This document shows, piece after piece, positions 10,693-19,796 of a DNA stretch of 64,000 bases. Below the pieces are notes generated by a model. It was not told the DNA's origin. It was given only the letters and a program-made list of their open reading frames with translations, and made no database searches. Each line of letters begins with the position of its first letter. Positions within the stretch are counted from its first letter, which is position 1. Origin of the DNA: a virus. Location of the stretch: IMG/VR virus record IMGVR_UViG_3300049020_000031, positions 64,001 to 128,000 of that record. One strand, 5' to 3'. Position numbers and translations under genes: made by a program.

Positions 10693-12315
10693 TTATCCGA
10701 AGATGCCAATTTGATTCCATTCAACTGGAGTTGGGTCTACCTTGATTTCCTTGGGAATCTTCTTTCTTGAGCGAGCATCCAGGATATCACTCAGATCTTC
10801 CAGGGAAATCGTGGGCTTCTCGAAGAATTCAAAGAACATTGATTCACCCGGACGTTCTCCTGAAATCAGATCGCTGTACTTTGATGCTTCTTGTTCAACC
10901 AGCTTCAAAGACTTTGCCGTGTAATCATCCTTCTCGGCATCACTCAGTGAGTCCCAAGCCTTACCGTCAGTGTAGAACAGACGGTTCACAAAGTCCTTGA
11001 ATTCCAGGAAAATAGAGGGAATGTGATCGGCGGCATCTGGGGCGAACAACTTGTCGCACACGTATTCAACCGCATGGGCTTGCATCTCAACGTTATGCGC
11101 CATGATGTAGTAATAGGACGCGGTATCCATTCTGTACGCCTTCTTGGTTTTACCCTCGATAGGAGCCAGGATGAAGTCACTCATCTTCAACTTTGCGCTG
11201 ACATTACTCTTCTTGTGGTTTGGATCAGCCATTCTCTCAGAGCTCACACCATTGTAAAGGAAGGGCAGTGCACCGTGGGCTACTTGATTGCCATTCTCAT
11301 CCTCGGTCAACACACCGTCAATATACCGAGCGTCCATGGGAAATTCTGCGCTGATGAGGTTCAGACCTTTGGGACTCACCGCGTAGTCGGTCACATAGTT
11401 GCCATTGACTGCATAGAGGAACGCACTCGAGGCATCGTATGAAATCTGAATGCCGTCATTGAGGTTTCTGCTCAATGATTCGTTCAGGGCTGCCAAGTAT
11501 GCTGCGGTACTAAGACGTGAGCGACCCAAAACGTGGATCCAACGGTCTGGACCACTCAAGTAACCATCACGTCGTAGACGCACCAGAAGACGCATGGTTA
11601 GACTTGGATCACCACCTGTAGCGCCGCCTAATGCCCAACCCTCAAAGGCTCTTTCGCCGTGGATATCAGTGTTGCTGAAAGGAGTCACAGCATCATACCA
11701 TTCATCCGCTTCTTTGTCTGAGCGACCTTGCAGAACATTCAGGAATTTGGTTTTGCCTGGAGTTCTGTTGTTGATAAAGAAGTGATTGTTCCAAACTGTA
11801 CCCTTAAGACAGTTCTGGAACTCATCAGTACTTGGAGTCAGGGGATCAGTAGTTGGATCGAAATGCATCAGCGTGGCTGGAAGCCTGCCAGTGTCGATAG
11901 CCCAAGCTGGCCAATCAAGTACCATGCTGTAATCAGCGGTATGTTCCAACCATCTCATCAATTCAAGTCGTTGATTAATCGACTTCTCGCTGAGCGGATT
12001 CTTCCAGTCAAAGTCCAGGACACCAGTAGCTGCCTGGAACCCACCAGAGTCACCAATAAGCACCGAGTTTGATCTGTTTCTACCCTGAATCATTGGTTCA
12101 CGTTCGTCGCTCTTTTGTGGATCCAGGTGGGCATGGCCTGCTGAATACAGGTTGGCAGGCCACGTGAAGTGATTCTTGTTCACATCGTCCATGAAATTCA
12201 GTAGGTCAAAATCTACTGGTTGACGTGGCCACTTCTTTGCGTGGGCCAACACGAACATTTGACTCACCGAAGGGGTAAAAAAAGCGTATCGTTTGGGGTG
12301 TAAAATCTGTGCCAT
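10693..12315 (-). CDS. tRNA-guanine transglycosylase / DpdA-like base-exchange enzyme
   Basis: TGT-fold motifs IGDSGGFQ, MVLD, NVLQG, GWALGG, IHVLG, SYDASS. Likely start MAQILHP at 12315, immediately after the HNH stop. Confidence 0.75.
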   Translation of the reverse strand: MAQILHPKRYAFFTPSVSQMFVLAHAKKWPRQPVDFDLLNFMDDVNKNHFTWPANLYSAGHAHLDPQKSDEREPMIQGRNRSNSVLIGDSGGFQAATGVLDFDWKNPLSEKSINQRLELMRWLEHTADYSMVLDWPAWAIDTGRLPATLMHFDPTTDPLTPSTDEFQNCLKGTVWNNHFFINNRTPGKTKFLNVLQGRSDKEADEWYDAVTPFSNTDIHGERAFEGWALGGATGGDPSLTMRLLVRLRRDGYLSGPDRWIHVLGRSRLSTAAYLAALNESLSRNLNDGIQISYDASSAFLYAVNGNYVTDYAVSPKGLNLISAEFPMDARYIDGVLTEDENGNQVAHGALPFLYNGVSSERMADPNHKKSNVSAKLKMSDFILAPIEGKTKKAYRMDTASYYYIMAHNVEMQAHAVEYVCDKLFAPDAADHIPSIFLEFKDFVNRLFYTDGKAWDSLSDAEKDDYTAKSLKLVEQEASKYSDLISGERPGESMFFEFFEKPTISLEDLSDILDARSRKKIPKEIKVDPTPVEWNQIGIFG

Positions 12316-12316
12316 A

Positions 12317-12997
12317 TTATTCTTTTTCTTTTTCTGTTGATTGTAAATGGGCAAGCTTCTTGAGCTCCCAAGTTCTCTTTCTAGATTCAGCTATTTTAGC
12401 TCTAGTTTCAGGAGATTGCGATTTTCCCAGCATTCCACTTGGCTTTCCTCTGTTGGCTTCCGCCCCCTTAGGGTTTGGTTTCCCTCTGCGAGTCGCAGCA
12501 CTTTTTTCCACGGCTTCTCTAGACATGGGAACTCCGACCCTTCTTGCCGCCGCTGCGTGATTGGAAGCCAAAGCTTCAGGAGAAAGTTTCCTTCCTTTCA
12601 TCCGAGCAGATTTTGCAGCAACCACTTCTGGCGATTGTTTCTTTCCTTTGTGAGGGCTAGGGTTTCCCTTCATACGAATAGAAGCTTCACGCGCAACTTC
12701 TCTTCTTATCCATCCAAACATTTTCAATTTTGATGCTCTTCGCCCCACTGAACTATTTAGGTTAGACATGGCGGCACACGCCATCACCAATCTATGGTAA
12801 TACTGGGTACCTTTATGTATTTTTACCAACAATTGGTGACACAAATAATGTTCCTCGGGGGTGAGTCGAACTAAATTTTCAATGTCATCAGTGCCACCCA
12901 TACATCTTGGAATTATGTGATGCTTCTCGGAATAGCTATCCAGAAGTCGAGATTTTGCTCGATGAATAATTCGATCGTATATTTCTTGATAGTTCAC
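12317..12997 (-). CDS. free-standing HNH homing endonuclease with NUMOD3-like repeats
   Basis: EKHHIIPRCMGGTDDIENLVRLTPEEHYLCHQLL followed by KGKKQSPE / GKSQSPETRAKI repeats. Confidence 0.9.
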   Translation of the reverse strand: MNYQEIYDRIIHRAKSRLLDSYSEKHHIIPRCMGGTDDIENLVRLTPEEHYLCHQLLVKIHKGTQYYHRLVMACAAMSNLNSSVGRRASKLKMFGWIRREVAREASIRMKGNPSPHKGKKQSPEVVAAKSARMKGRKLSPEALASNHAAAARRVGVPMSREAVEKSAATRRGKPNPKGAEANRGKPSGMLGKSQSPETRAKIAESRKRTWELKKLAHLQSTEKEKE

Positions 12998-13081
12998 AGA
13001 AGTTGATTATACGCCACATCAGGTTTTTACTCAAAATAAAAGCCCATCACCGTGGGCTTTTATTTAGGATCAGTGGAAACT

Positions 13082-13384
13082 TTATGCCATCGGCTCTGCA
13101 ATGATCATCAATGGATGGCCGTGGCTGCGAGCATCATCGGATGCTTGTTGGGCTTTCTGTTCCGCAACTTCACGCGAGTATTGTGCCACGATGCCACGCC
13201 CGGACGTATGAATTGCCATCGTGATAGCATATGCAGCCTCACCTGTTTTTCCGAAACGAAGTTCCAGGAGATCCATAACGAAATCCATTGGAGTGAAATC
13301 GTCATTGAGGAAGATGACGTTCCACATCTTAATGGGAGCCAGCTTGGTCTTGGACTTGGTTTCAGAGATTGTTGAGGTGCTCAT
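13082..13384 (-). CDS. clpS: ATP-dependent Clp protease adaptor ClpS
   Basis: VIFLNDDFTPMDFV...AIHTSGRG...EVAEQK...HPL. Confidence 0.93.
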   Translation of the reverse strand: MSTSTISETKSKTKLAPIKMWNVIFLNDDFTPMDFVMDLLELRFGKTGEAAYAITMAIHTSGRGIVAQYSREVAEQKAQQASDDARSHGHPLMIIAEPMA

Positions 13385-13691
13385 TTCGCTTCACTTTCAA
13401 ATAGTTGGACAGATAGGATTGGATGTTGGCTGCTCCGGCAACATTCTGGCTATGGACATAGAACGTGAATTCACTATTCAGATCGATCTTGCCGTCAAGA
13501 TCCATTTCAACCAAAACCTTTGCGATGTCCATTCCTGTTGGAATGTTTTCACCAAGGTCATGATCGAATGAGATGAAATGCGGGGCACCCAACTCCATGA
13601 TGGTTGCCATGACTTCATCAAGATTTCGACAGATGACAAAGCTGTTGTCAACCGGGAATCGCTCGTCATCAATGAATAACTTATACGTCAT
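13362..13691 (-). CDS. cyclic-phosphate-processing receiver-domain protein
   Basis: KLFIDDER...ISFDHDLG...GMDIAK...HSQNVAGAANI. Confidence 0.8.
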   Translation of the reverse strand: MTYKLFIDDERFPVDNSFVICRNLDEVMATIMELGAPHFISFDHDLGENIPTGMDIAKVLVEMDLDGKIDLNSEFTFYVHSQNVAGAANIQSYLSNYLKVKRNEHLNNL

Positions 13692-13731
13692 TCAACCAGT
13701 ATAACGCCATTCTTCAACTGGCGTTACGCCC

Positions 13732-14310
13732 TTATGAAATAATCTGCATCACACGATCACAACGCTCATCAATTGGACCATCAAGGACATGAACGTTGTC
13801 AACTCGGTGAATGGCGGTGAAGATCAAACTCATGTGATTTTCCAGAGTTTGAATCTGTTCTGGAGTTTGGTATCTGGTTCCGTCAGAAAGCATGTTGGGA
13901 TTGCTCGCATATGTTTCAGCCATCGGAATGAAGAACACATGGGTGTAACGTTTCAGGAACAAATCATTGATGAGGAAACGATACATGTCAGCCAACACAA
14001 TTCTCTGACGAGCGTCAGTGTTGTCAGCATACAGGCTGGCGTAGAAGTATGGGGTCAGGACTCCTGAGTCAGTCACCATGTATTCCACGTTCTTGGGGAT
14101 AACATTTTCCAACTGTTCCTGATTGGAACGAGTGCGGTACTGCTCCCAGATGTTGGACATAGGTCCGTTGATTTGAATGTCAGAGCGAACGAACTCGGTA
14201 ACGAGTTCTGCATTCTTATGCTGCTTCTTCAAACGAACATACACTTCTGCGCTCAGAGTCGACTTACCCGAACCCGCATTGCCGATAAAACAGATCTTGT
14301 TGGTTTGCAT
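13732..14310 (-). CDS. P-loop ATPase/kinase, NadR/AAA_28-like
   Basis: Walker A GNAGSGKST, MVTDS, DGTRYQ. Confidence 0.8.
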   Translation of the reverse strand: MQTNKICFIGNAGSGKSTLSAEVYVRLKKQHKNAELVTEFVRSDIQINGPMSNIWEQYRTRSNQEQLENVIPKNVEYMVTDSGVLTPYFYASLYADNTDARQRIVLADMYRFLINDLFLKRYTHVFFIPMAETYASNPNMLSDGTRYQTPEQIQTLENHMSLIFTAIHRVDNVHVLDGPIDERCDRVMQIIS

Positions 14311-14361
14311 GATTTCCCCTATTGGTCCCAATTATAGTGGAAGCAAATCTGCCAATCAATA

Positions 14362-14389
14362 GAAAGGGGAGCAATCTGCTCCCCTTTTC
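14362..14389. terminator. bidirectional terminator, AAAAGGGGAGC-N-GCTCCCCTTTT family (copy 1 of 5)
   Basis: Palindrome with A/T tails; near-identical copies at ~26079, 27686, 29056 and 34860. Confidence 0.8.
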
Positions 14390-14405
14390 GTTATGTCAAG
14401 ACTCT

Positions 14406-14834
14406 TTACAGAATGTCGTGAACCTTTGTTTTCTTTGTTTCAGGCTTGTTGATCTTCAGCTTGATGATCAGCAGTCCGTCCTCAAGAGAAACCTTGTCGA
14501 CTTCCATGTGATCTTCCAGCTTCCACTTTCTAGTGAAATCACGGAATGAAATTCCTTGATGAATCATCTTGGCGCCTTCGGGCATTTCTACATTACCCTT
14601 CACTCCACTGATAGTCAGTGAATCATTTTCTACTTCCACCTTGAGTTCGTTCTTGGCAAAGCCTGCGACCGCAAGAGTCAGAACGTAATTGGACTCATCC
14701 AGTGAAAGGATGCTGTGTGGTGGGTATTTTTCCGCCAAGTGCATGTCGAAGTTTCGTTCGATATTGGCGAGGGTTCCGATTGCGTTGCGGCGCAACCAAT
14801 CAGAAAGGTTGATGGTATCAATTCGCATAGTCAT
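14406..14834 (-). CDS. small heat-shock protein (Hsp20/IbpA family)
   Basis: YPPHSI...LAVAGF...LTISG...HQGIS.RDFTRKW...LEDGLLII; AAGGAG SD before ATG 14834. Confidence 0.92.
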   Translation of the reverse strand: MTMRIDTINLSDWLRRNAIGTLANIERNFDMHLAEKYPPHSILSLDESNYVLTLAVAGFAKNELKVEVENDSLTISGVKGNVEMPEGAKMIHQGISFRDFTRKWKLEDHMEVDKVSLEDGLLIIKLKINKPETKKTKVHDIL

Positions 14835-14908
14835 AGTTTTCTCCTTATTAAGCGAGTTATTTTGGGACCACAAGGGCTCCCAGGTATGGCCTTAAAAGCG
14901 CCATACCG
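14835..14908 (-). promoter_or_regulatory. ROSE-like RNA thermometer in the hsp20 5' UTR
   Basis: Three hairpins. The last is CUCGCUU-AAU-AAGGAG, in which a UCGCU motif with a bulged G pairs with the SD. Confidence 0.6.
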
Positions 14909-14916
14909 TATTTATA
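14909..14916 (-). promoter_or_regulatory. T4-type late promoter TATAAATA
   Basis: Exact TATAAATA just upstream of the hsp20 leader. Confidence 0.65.
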
Positions 14917-14945
14917 CTGAATTGAACTGACTATCGCAATATTTT

Positions 14946-15650
14946 CTATAATTTCGTCAGATTGTTTGGATTACCCAATTCCACCCAGGTCTTAATCGCT
15001 TCCCTGGCTTCGTCACCAGTAATCCGTTGCTCTCTGGCTTTCACATAATTGAATAGAGCGTTGTAATATCTACCCCAACCAATATGTGGAATTCCACTCT
15101 TGAATTCATATCCATTGGTGATAAAGTTTCCCAAGCTGATGCTTCTCTCAACCGTGGTCTTTCCGGATTCCATCAGAGTCTTCTGAACTTGCTCACCAGT
15201 CATCATAAAGCCCGTGATATAACAATTGTGTTGCTTACTCATCAACACGTAGGCAGTTTCTTGTTTGTGATGTTCGTTCTGGGTTGTGGCGTAAACTCGA
15301 TACTTGGCGTTGTAGGCCTGATTCAAACTGGTGTCGCTCGCACCATAAAGCAAAGCGGTTCCACTGGTCCCGAAGTGTATCTGTGAAGCATCCATGAATG
15401 CCAGTTTGAGCTCATGGTAATTGCCCTTGGTGTCAACACAATCGTCACCACTGCCCTGATCTAAAGCAACTGAATGCATGTAGGCAGCGGCAATCCAATC
15501 GTTACCACGACGGAACATTTCCGGATTCTGCACCAGTTTGTTCTTGGTGGTATTGTAGAGTCGAACTCTACTGTAGTCATAGCTCAGCAACCAGTCCTGC
15601 ATAAACTCAGTTTGTTGAGCAACATATGATTTGATCGAATTGAAATCCAT
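14946..15650 (-). CDS. putative PD-(D/E)XK nuclease
   Basis: GDD-x8-HELK spacing resembles a restriction-enzyme-type catalytic motif. Confidence 0.4.
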   Translation of the reverse strand: MDFNSIKSYVAQQTEFMQDWLLSYDYSRVRLYNTTKNKLVQNPEMFRRGNDWIAAAYMHSVALDQGSGDDCVDTKGNYHELKLAFMDASQIHFGTSGTALLYGASDTSLNQAYNAKYRVYATTQNEHHKQETAYVLMSKQHNCYITGFMMTGEQVQKTLMESGKTTVERSISLGNFITNGYEFKSGIPHIGWGRYYNALFNYVKAREQRITGDEAREAIKTWVELGNPNNLTKL

Positions 15651-16210
15651 TACAGGTTACCAAACTTGCAGGCGAAATACAATCTGTGTTGTTCTCTGAT
15701 AAGATCATCCACCTTCTCATCCAATGCAACACCCCAATCGGAATCTGGCTTGAAACCATATTCAATCTTGTCTTCGCGAGTTTCGATAGTCTTAGTGACG
15801 CCCAGGGGTTTTGGTTTCAAGAACTCCTCCAGATCGAAATCAAAAGTCATCACATTACCATCAACACTCATGAGAGCATCGTATTTTATCGCTTTGATTT
15901 GATCATCCACTGGTACTTGGATTACCTGGGTGTTTAGGAACAGCTGAACTCTTCCTTTTTGTGATGCCGGAACGGGGTTTGACATTGCATTTCTGGAGTT
16001 AAGAAATGTCAATGTGTAGAGCGTTCCTTTCTTCTTTACCATCACATGTCGGGGCTTTTCCAATCCCAAGTGGTCGACTACTGACTGAGTCATATTGATG
16101 CAAATCTTCTTTTCAGAACCTGATCCTTGGGTTCGATAGCTTATCGAAATCACTGCCGGGATTGTTATTGGGGACGCGGGTGCGATTGAAGTTGCCTGTA
16201 ATGCTTGCAT
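15650..16210 (-). CDS. hypothetical protein
   Basis: AAGGTG SD; coupled by TAATG overlap to the next ORF. Confidence 0.6.
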   Translation of the reverse strand: MQALQATSIAPASPITIPAVISISYRTQGSGSEKKICINMTQSVVDHLGLEKPRHVMVKKKGTLYTLTFLNSRNAMSNPVPASQKGRVQLFLNTQVIQVPVDDQIKAIKYDALMSVDGNVMTFDFDLEEFLKPKPLGVTKTIETREDKIEYGFKPDSDWGVALDEKVDDLIREQHRLYFACKFGNL

Positions 16211-16308
16211 AATTCACCTTTTCTAATTGTTACTTATCAGTTACAATTTTGCAATATTGCAGACTTGATGCCTCGGTAACTAGAATGGCAACCAGTAAGG
16301 GGAAAATT

Positions 16309-16779
16309 ATGCAAGACAAAACACCAGCGACTCCATCAAATATCAAATCGCTTTCCGAACAATACAAGGAAATGTGTCAAGATGATATGAAACGAATGGC
16401 TCAGATCAGAGATCCATATACTCTTGGCACTATTATTGGCAATGGTTCACATAATAAGTTGCCAACCCAGAGCGGGATGTCCAATTCTTCTATTGGAACC
16501 AACGTCACGTCTGGTTCCCCTAAGCTTCAGGGAACTATCAAATCATACACAAATAGTCAGAATGGAATTTCGTGGTCTGATAGCGGCACATATCTTTCTG
16601 AATCAGAACTCACCCAAGTGAAAAAGGATCTGGCTGCAATCAAGAAAAGACTGATGATTCTTGAACCCAATCTACAGAAGATGGAAAAGTTCCAAGCCCT
16701 CAAGGATGCATACGAGCATTATCTATGCATGGAGAAGCTGTGTGATGAGGATATGCCAGGCGCACAAGGTGGCACCTGA
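16309..16779 (+). CDS. hypothetical protein
   Basis: AAGGGG SD before MQDKTP; C-terminal helical segment. Confidence 0.6.
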   Translation: MQDKTPATPSNIKSLSEQYKEMCQDDMKRMAQIRDPYTLGTIIGNGSHNKLPTQSGMSNSSIGTNVTSGSPKLQGTIKSYTNSQNGISWSDSGTYLSESELTQVKKDLAAIKKRLMILEPNLQKMEKFQALKDAYEHYLCMEKLCDEDMPGAQGGT

Positions 16780-16788
16780 TATCAGAAT

Positions 16789-17154
16789 TTATTTGAGCTT
16801 CTGATTAGAATTGGTTCCTTGGACCGCTGATAACCCTGCGGCACAGATCGCGGCAGGAAGTGTGTTGCCATAACTGGCCAGGTATGAACGGCCATCATCT
16901 CTGGAGAAACTGGCTACCCATTGATATTCCCCATTCACTTGTTTATTTCTTGCGGCAAGTGAAAATCCATGTTTTTTCAACATCTCGACTATGAGTTGAG
17001 CCGTTTCCGTATCAGTACTGTATTGTGGTACTGGTAGGGGTTTTCTGTCCAAACCCATAATGTAGCTTTCATTCAGCTGGGTGTCTATGATAACCACATA
17101 TCCAAAGATATTCCTAGCTACCCTACTATCAAGTTCTGAACCTGCTATTTCCAT
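16789..17154 (-). CDS. phage ABA-sandwich-domain protein
   Basis: ELDSRVA..FG...PQYSTD...A..IVE...AAICAAGL. Confidence 0.65.
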   Translation of the reverse strand: MEIAGSELDSRVARNIFGYVVIIDTQLNESYIMGLDRKPLPVPQYSTDTETAQLIVEMLKKHGFSLAARNKQVNGEYQWVASFSRDDGRSYLASYGNTLPAAICAAGLSAVQGTNSNQKLK

Positions 17155-17232
17155 AAACTATCCTCGGTTTTTGCAGGTAGAAAACCCGCAGCCCTTTATT
17201 TAAGGTGCTGCGGGTGTGAATAACAATTCTGT

Positions 17233-17963
17233 TTAGTACGCGATGTATCGGAAGAGGTCGATTGCGTAACCGAAAGCGTGGAATGGAAGGAACAACAGGA
17301 ACAGAATGAAGTCTGTCAGATGCGAGGCACCGTTGTGAAACTTTTCAGCAACCCACGTACCAGGGAAAATCCACTGTGGGAGACCAAACACCAGCAGATA
17401 TACCAGGCCTAGCACCATGGGAACAATGCCACCGCTTGCGGTGGTCACTGATACGATCAGGCCCCACCAGGCAAATCCCACGAAAAACATACAGAAGAAG
17501 CAAACAAATGCGACGCCAAATGCGGCAATGAAAAGCAAAATAGCTAAAAACATTTCGTCCTCCCGTTGTTTCAATACACCAAGTATATATTCACTTGGTG
17601 ATTGAGTCAAGAGGTAGGTGATATTTTGTTTCTATTCTTCCAGGCAACGATTTTGTCTTTCAATCTGAGTACTCGAATTGTGGCAGAATTGAGATTCTTC
17701 ACCACAACCCAGGTAATCAAAAAAAGCATGGGTACTGAAAATGCACCATATAGAGCCATGATCGTATTTTCAACCCAATTATCGTAAGGGAGAAACACCA
17801 TCAGGGCGATAGCACCCATGAAGATAATGATGGCTGCAATAAAGATTCCAATGTTGGCATACAAGGGGCTGAACCTTCTCGCCCGTGCCCTAGGATCGTC
17901 TTCTGGGTACGTTGCCAATATTGTTTCCAATACTGTGGCTGCTAGCTTCCTTGTATCCGCCAT
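17233..17963 (-). CDS. two adjacent membrane proteins (17233..17610, 17607..17963)
   Basis: Hydrophobic ORFs linked by an overlapping stop/start. Confidence 0.55.
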
Positions 17964-17964
17964 A

Positions 17965-18492
17965 TCACACCTTGACTGGTTTTGGAGCGGCCGGTGCGAT
18001 CAGTAGGGTAATTTCCCTACCGCCGTCACTGGCTGGTTTTTCCATTTTGATATCACCGAGTTCGGCAATGAAATCACGGATTACTACATGACCCAACTCT
18101 TTATTCGCCACTTCACGACCTCGGAAGCGCAGAACAACCTTGACCTTGTCACCTTCAGCTAGGAATTCCTTCGCTTTTCGCGCCTTGATCTTGAGATCGT
18201 TTGTATCGATACTCACGCGAAGCTGGACTTCTTTGATGACGACCATGGCTTCGCGTTGTTTCTTTTCTGCCGCCTTTTGTTGCTTTTTCTGTTCGTAGAA
18301 GAACTTATTAGCATCCACCACCCGGCAAACTGGTGGATTCGCATCCGCGATCTTAACCAGATCAAGATCCAAATTCTTGGCATACGCCAAAGCAGATCTG
18401 AGATCCATGATTCCCTTTTGTTCATTGTTCTCATCGAGAACTCTGACGTTATATGCACGAATGCGTTCGTTTACTTCCGACTTAAAAGTCAC
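17965..18492 (-). CDS. infC: translation initiation factor IF-3
   Basis: NERIRA..VRV...ALAYAK.LDLDLV...PPVCR...KEVQLR...GDKVKV.LRFRGRE; GTG start with TAAGGA SD. Confidence 0.95.
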   Translation of the reverse strand: MTFKSEVNERIRAYNVRVLDENNEQKGIMDLRSALAYAKNLDLDLVKIADANPPVCRVVDANKFFYEQKKQQKAAEKKQREAMVVIKEVQLRVSIDTNDLKIKARKAKEFLAEGDKVKVVLRFRGREVANKELGHVVIRDFIAELGDIKMEKPASDGGREITLLIAPAAPKPVKV

Positions 18493-18503
18493 AAAGACTA
18501 TCC

Positions 18504-19760
18504 TTAAAGAGCGATTGTTTTAATTGCATCGCCATAGATGACTGTTGGCTCTTCATCATTGGCAAATGTTTCCTTGGTCACGATAACCTTCGTTGCACCG
18601 GCTTCACGGTAGTCAATAAGGTTGAACTGCGTTTTGATCAATTTGTTTTCGATCACGCTACGAAGTCCCCGAGCGCCTGTTTTACGGTCTTTGGCGATTC
18701 TTGCGACTTCTTCCAAGGCGCCATCTTCAAATACCAGTTCCACTCCTTCAATTGAGAAGAGCTTCACGAATTGCTTTATAACTGCATTCTTTGGTTCTGT
18801 CAACACACGCACTAGTTGAGCTGCTGTAAGTTCTTCCAATGGTGCAGATACGGGCAAACGACCAATAAGTTCCGGGATGATACCAAATTGGATCAAGTGT
18901 TCAGGTTTGGCATGACGAAGCAAATCATCAATCGGCTTTGACTTGTCCATGACCTTGGAATTGAATCCCAAGCCCGCGTCTTTATTCAAACTCTTCTCAA
19001 CAACTTTGTCGAGGCCCACGAATGCACCACCAACGATGAACAGAATATTACGAGTATTGATTTTCACCAGATCAGCCTGTGGGCTCTTTTTCCCGCCAGC
19101 TGATGGAACCATGATGTCCGAGCCTTCGAGAATTTTCAACAGAGCTTGTTGAACGCCTTCACCAGACACGTCCTTGTTACCACCGCCACCCTCTTTCTTC
19201 TGCTTCTTGTCGATTTCATCCAGATAGATGATACCGCGTTCTGCCTTGGAAACATCACCACCAGCATTTTGGAGCAGTTTTGATACGATGCTTTCAACGT
19301 CATCGCCAACATATCCAGCTTCAGTCAATGAAGTGGCATCAGCAATTACGAATGGAACATCCAGATATCTGGCGATCGTTTGGGCGATGAGAGTTTTGCC
19401 ACTACCCGTGGGGCCGAAAATCAGAATGTTACTCTTCTCGATTTCAACTCCATCTACAACTGGATGGGCCAGTCTCTTGTAGTGATTGCTTACTGCGACG
19501 CTGACTACCATCTTGGTATAGTCTTGGCCGATAATGTATTGGTCTAGAAATTCTTTGATTTTTGTAGGATTGGGAATTGCTTCGTGTTCTTGAGGTTCTT
19601 CTTGTGGCTTATCCAAAGGAGATTCTGTGGACAAGATTGAGTGACACAAGCCCACACACTCATCACAAATGTAGACATTTGGACCAGCGATGAGCTTCTT
19701 AACTTCATTTGCACTTTTGCTGCAAAAGGAGCAATAAAGTTTCTTTTCTGTTTCTGACAT
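18504..19760 (-). CDS. clpX: ATP-dependent Clp protease ATP-binding subunit ClpX
   Basis: CSFC/CDEC zinc domain, GPTGSGKT, TEAGYVGDDVE, DEIDK, LGF loop, GARGLR. Confidence 0.97.
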   Translation of the reverse strand: MSETEKKLYCSFCSKSANEVKKLIAGPNVYICDECVGLCHSILSTESPLDKPQEEPQEHEAIPNPTKIKEFLDQYIIGQDYTKMVVSVAVSNHYKRLAHPVVDGVEIEKSNILIFGPTGSGKTLIAQTIARYLDVPFVIADATSLTEAGYVGDDVESIVSKLLQNAGGDVSKAERGIIYLDEIDKKQKKEGGGGNKDVSGEGVQQALLKILEGSDIMVPSAGGKKSPQADLVKINTRNILFIVGGAFVGLDKVVEKSLNKDAGLGFNSKVMDKSKPIDDLLRHAKPEHLIQFGIIPELIGRLPVSAPLEELTAAQLVRVLTEPKNAVIKQFVKLFSIEGVELVFEDGALEEVARIAKDRKTGARGLRSVIENKLIKTQFNLIDYREAGATKVIVTKETFANDEEPTVIYGDAIKTIAL

Positions 19761-19796
19761 GTAAGCTCCTTGTACCTATCAACTAACGCTTGATAT

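Noticed and set aside
12317-12997. Group I intron carrying the HNH gene inside the TGT-like gene
   Set aside because: The HNH lies wholly upstream of the likely TGT start, has its own -10 box, and I see no interrupted exon or intron core.
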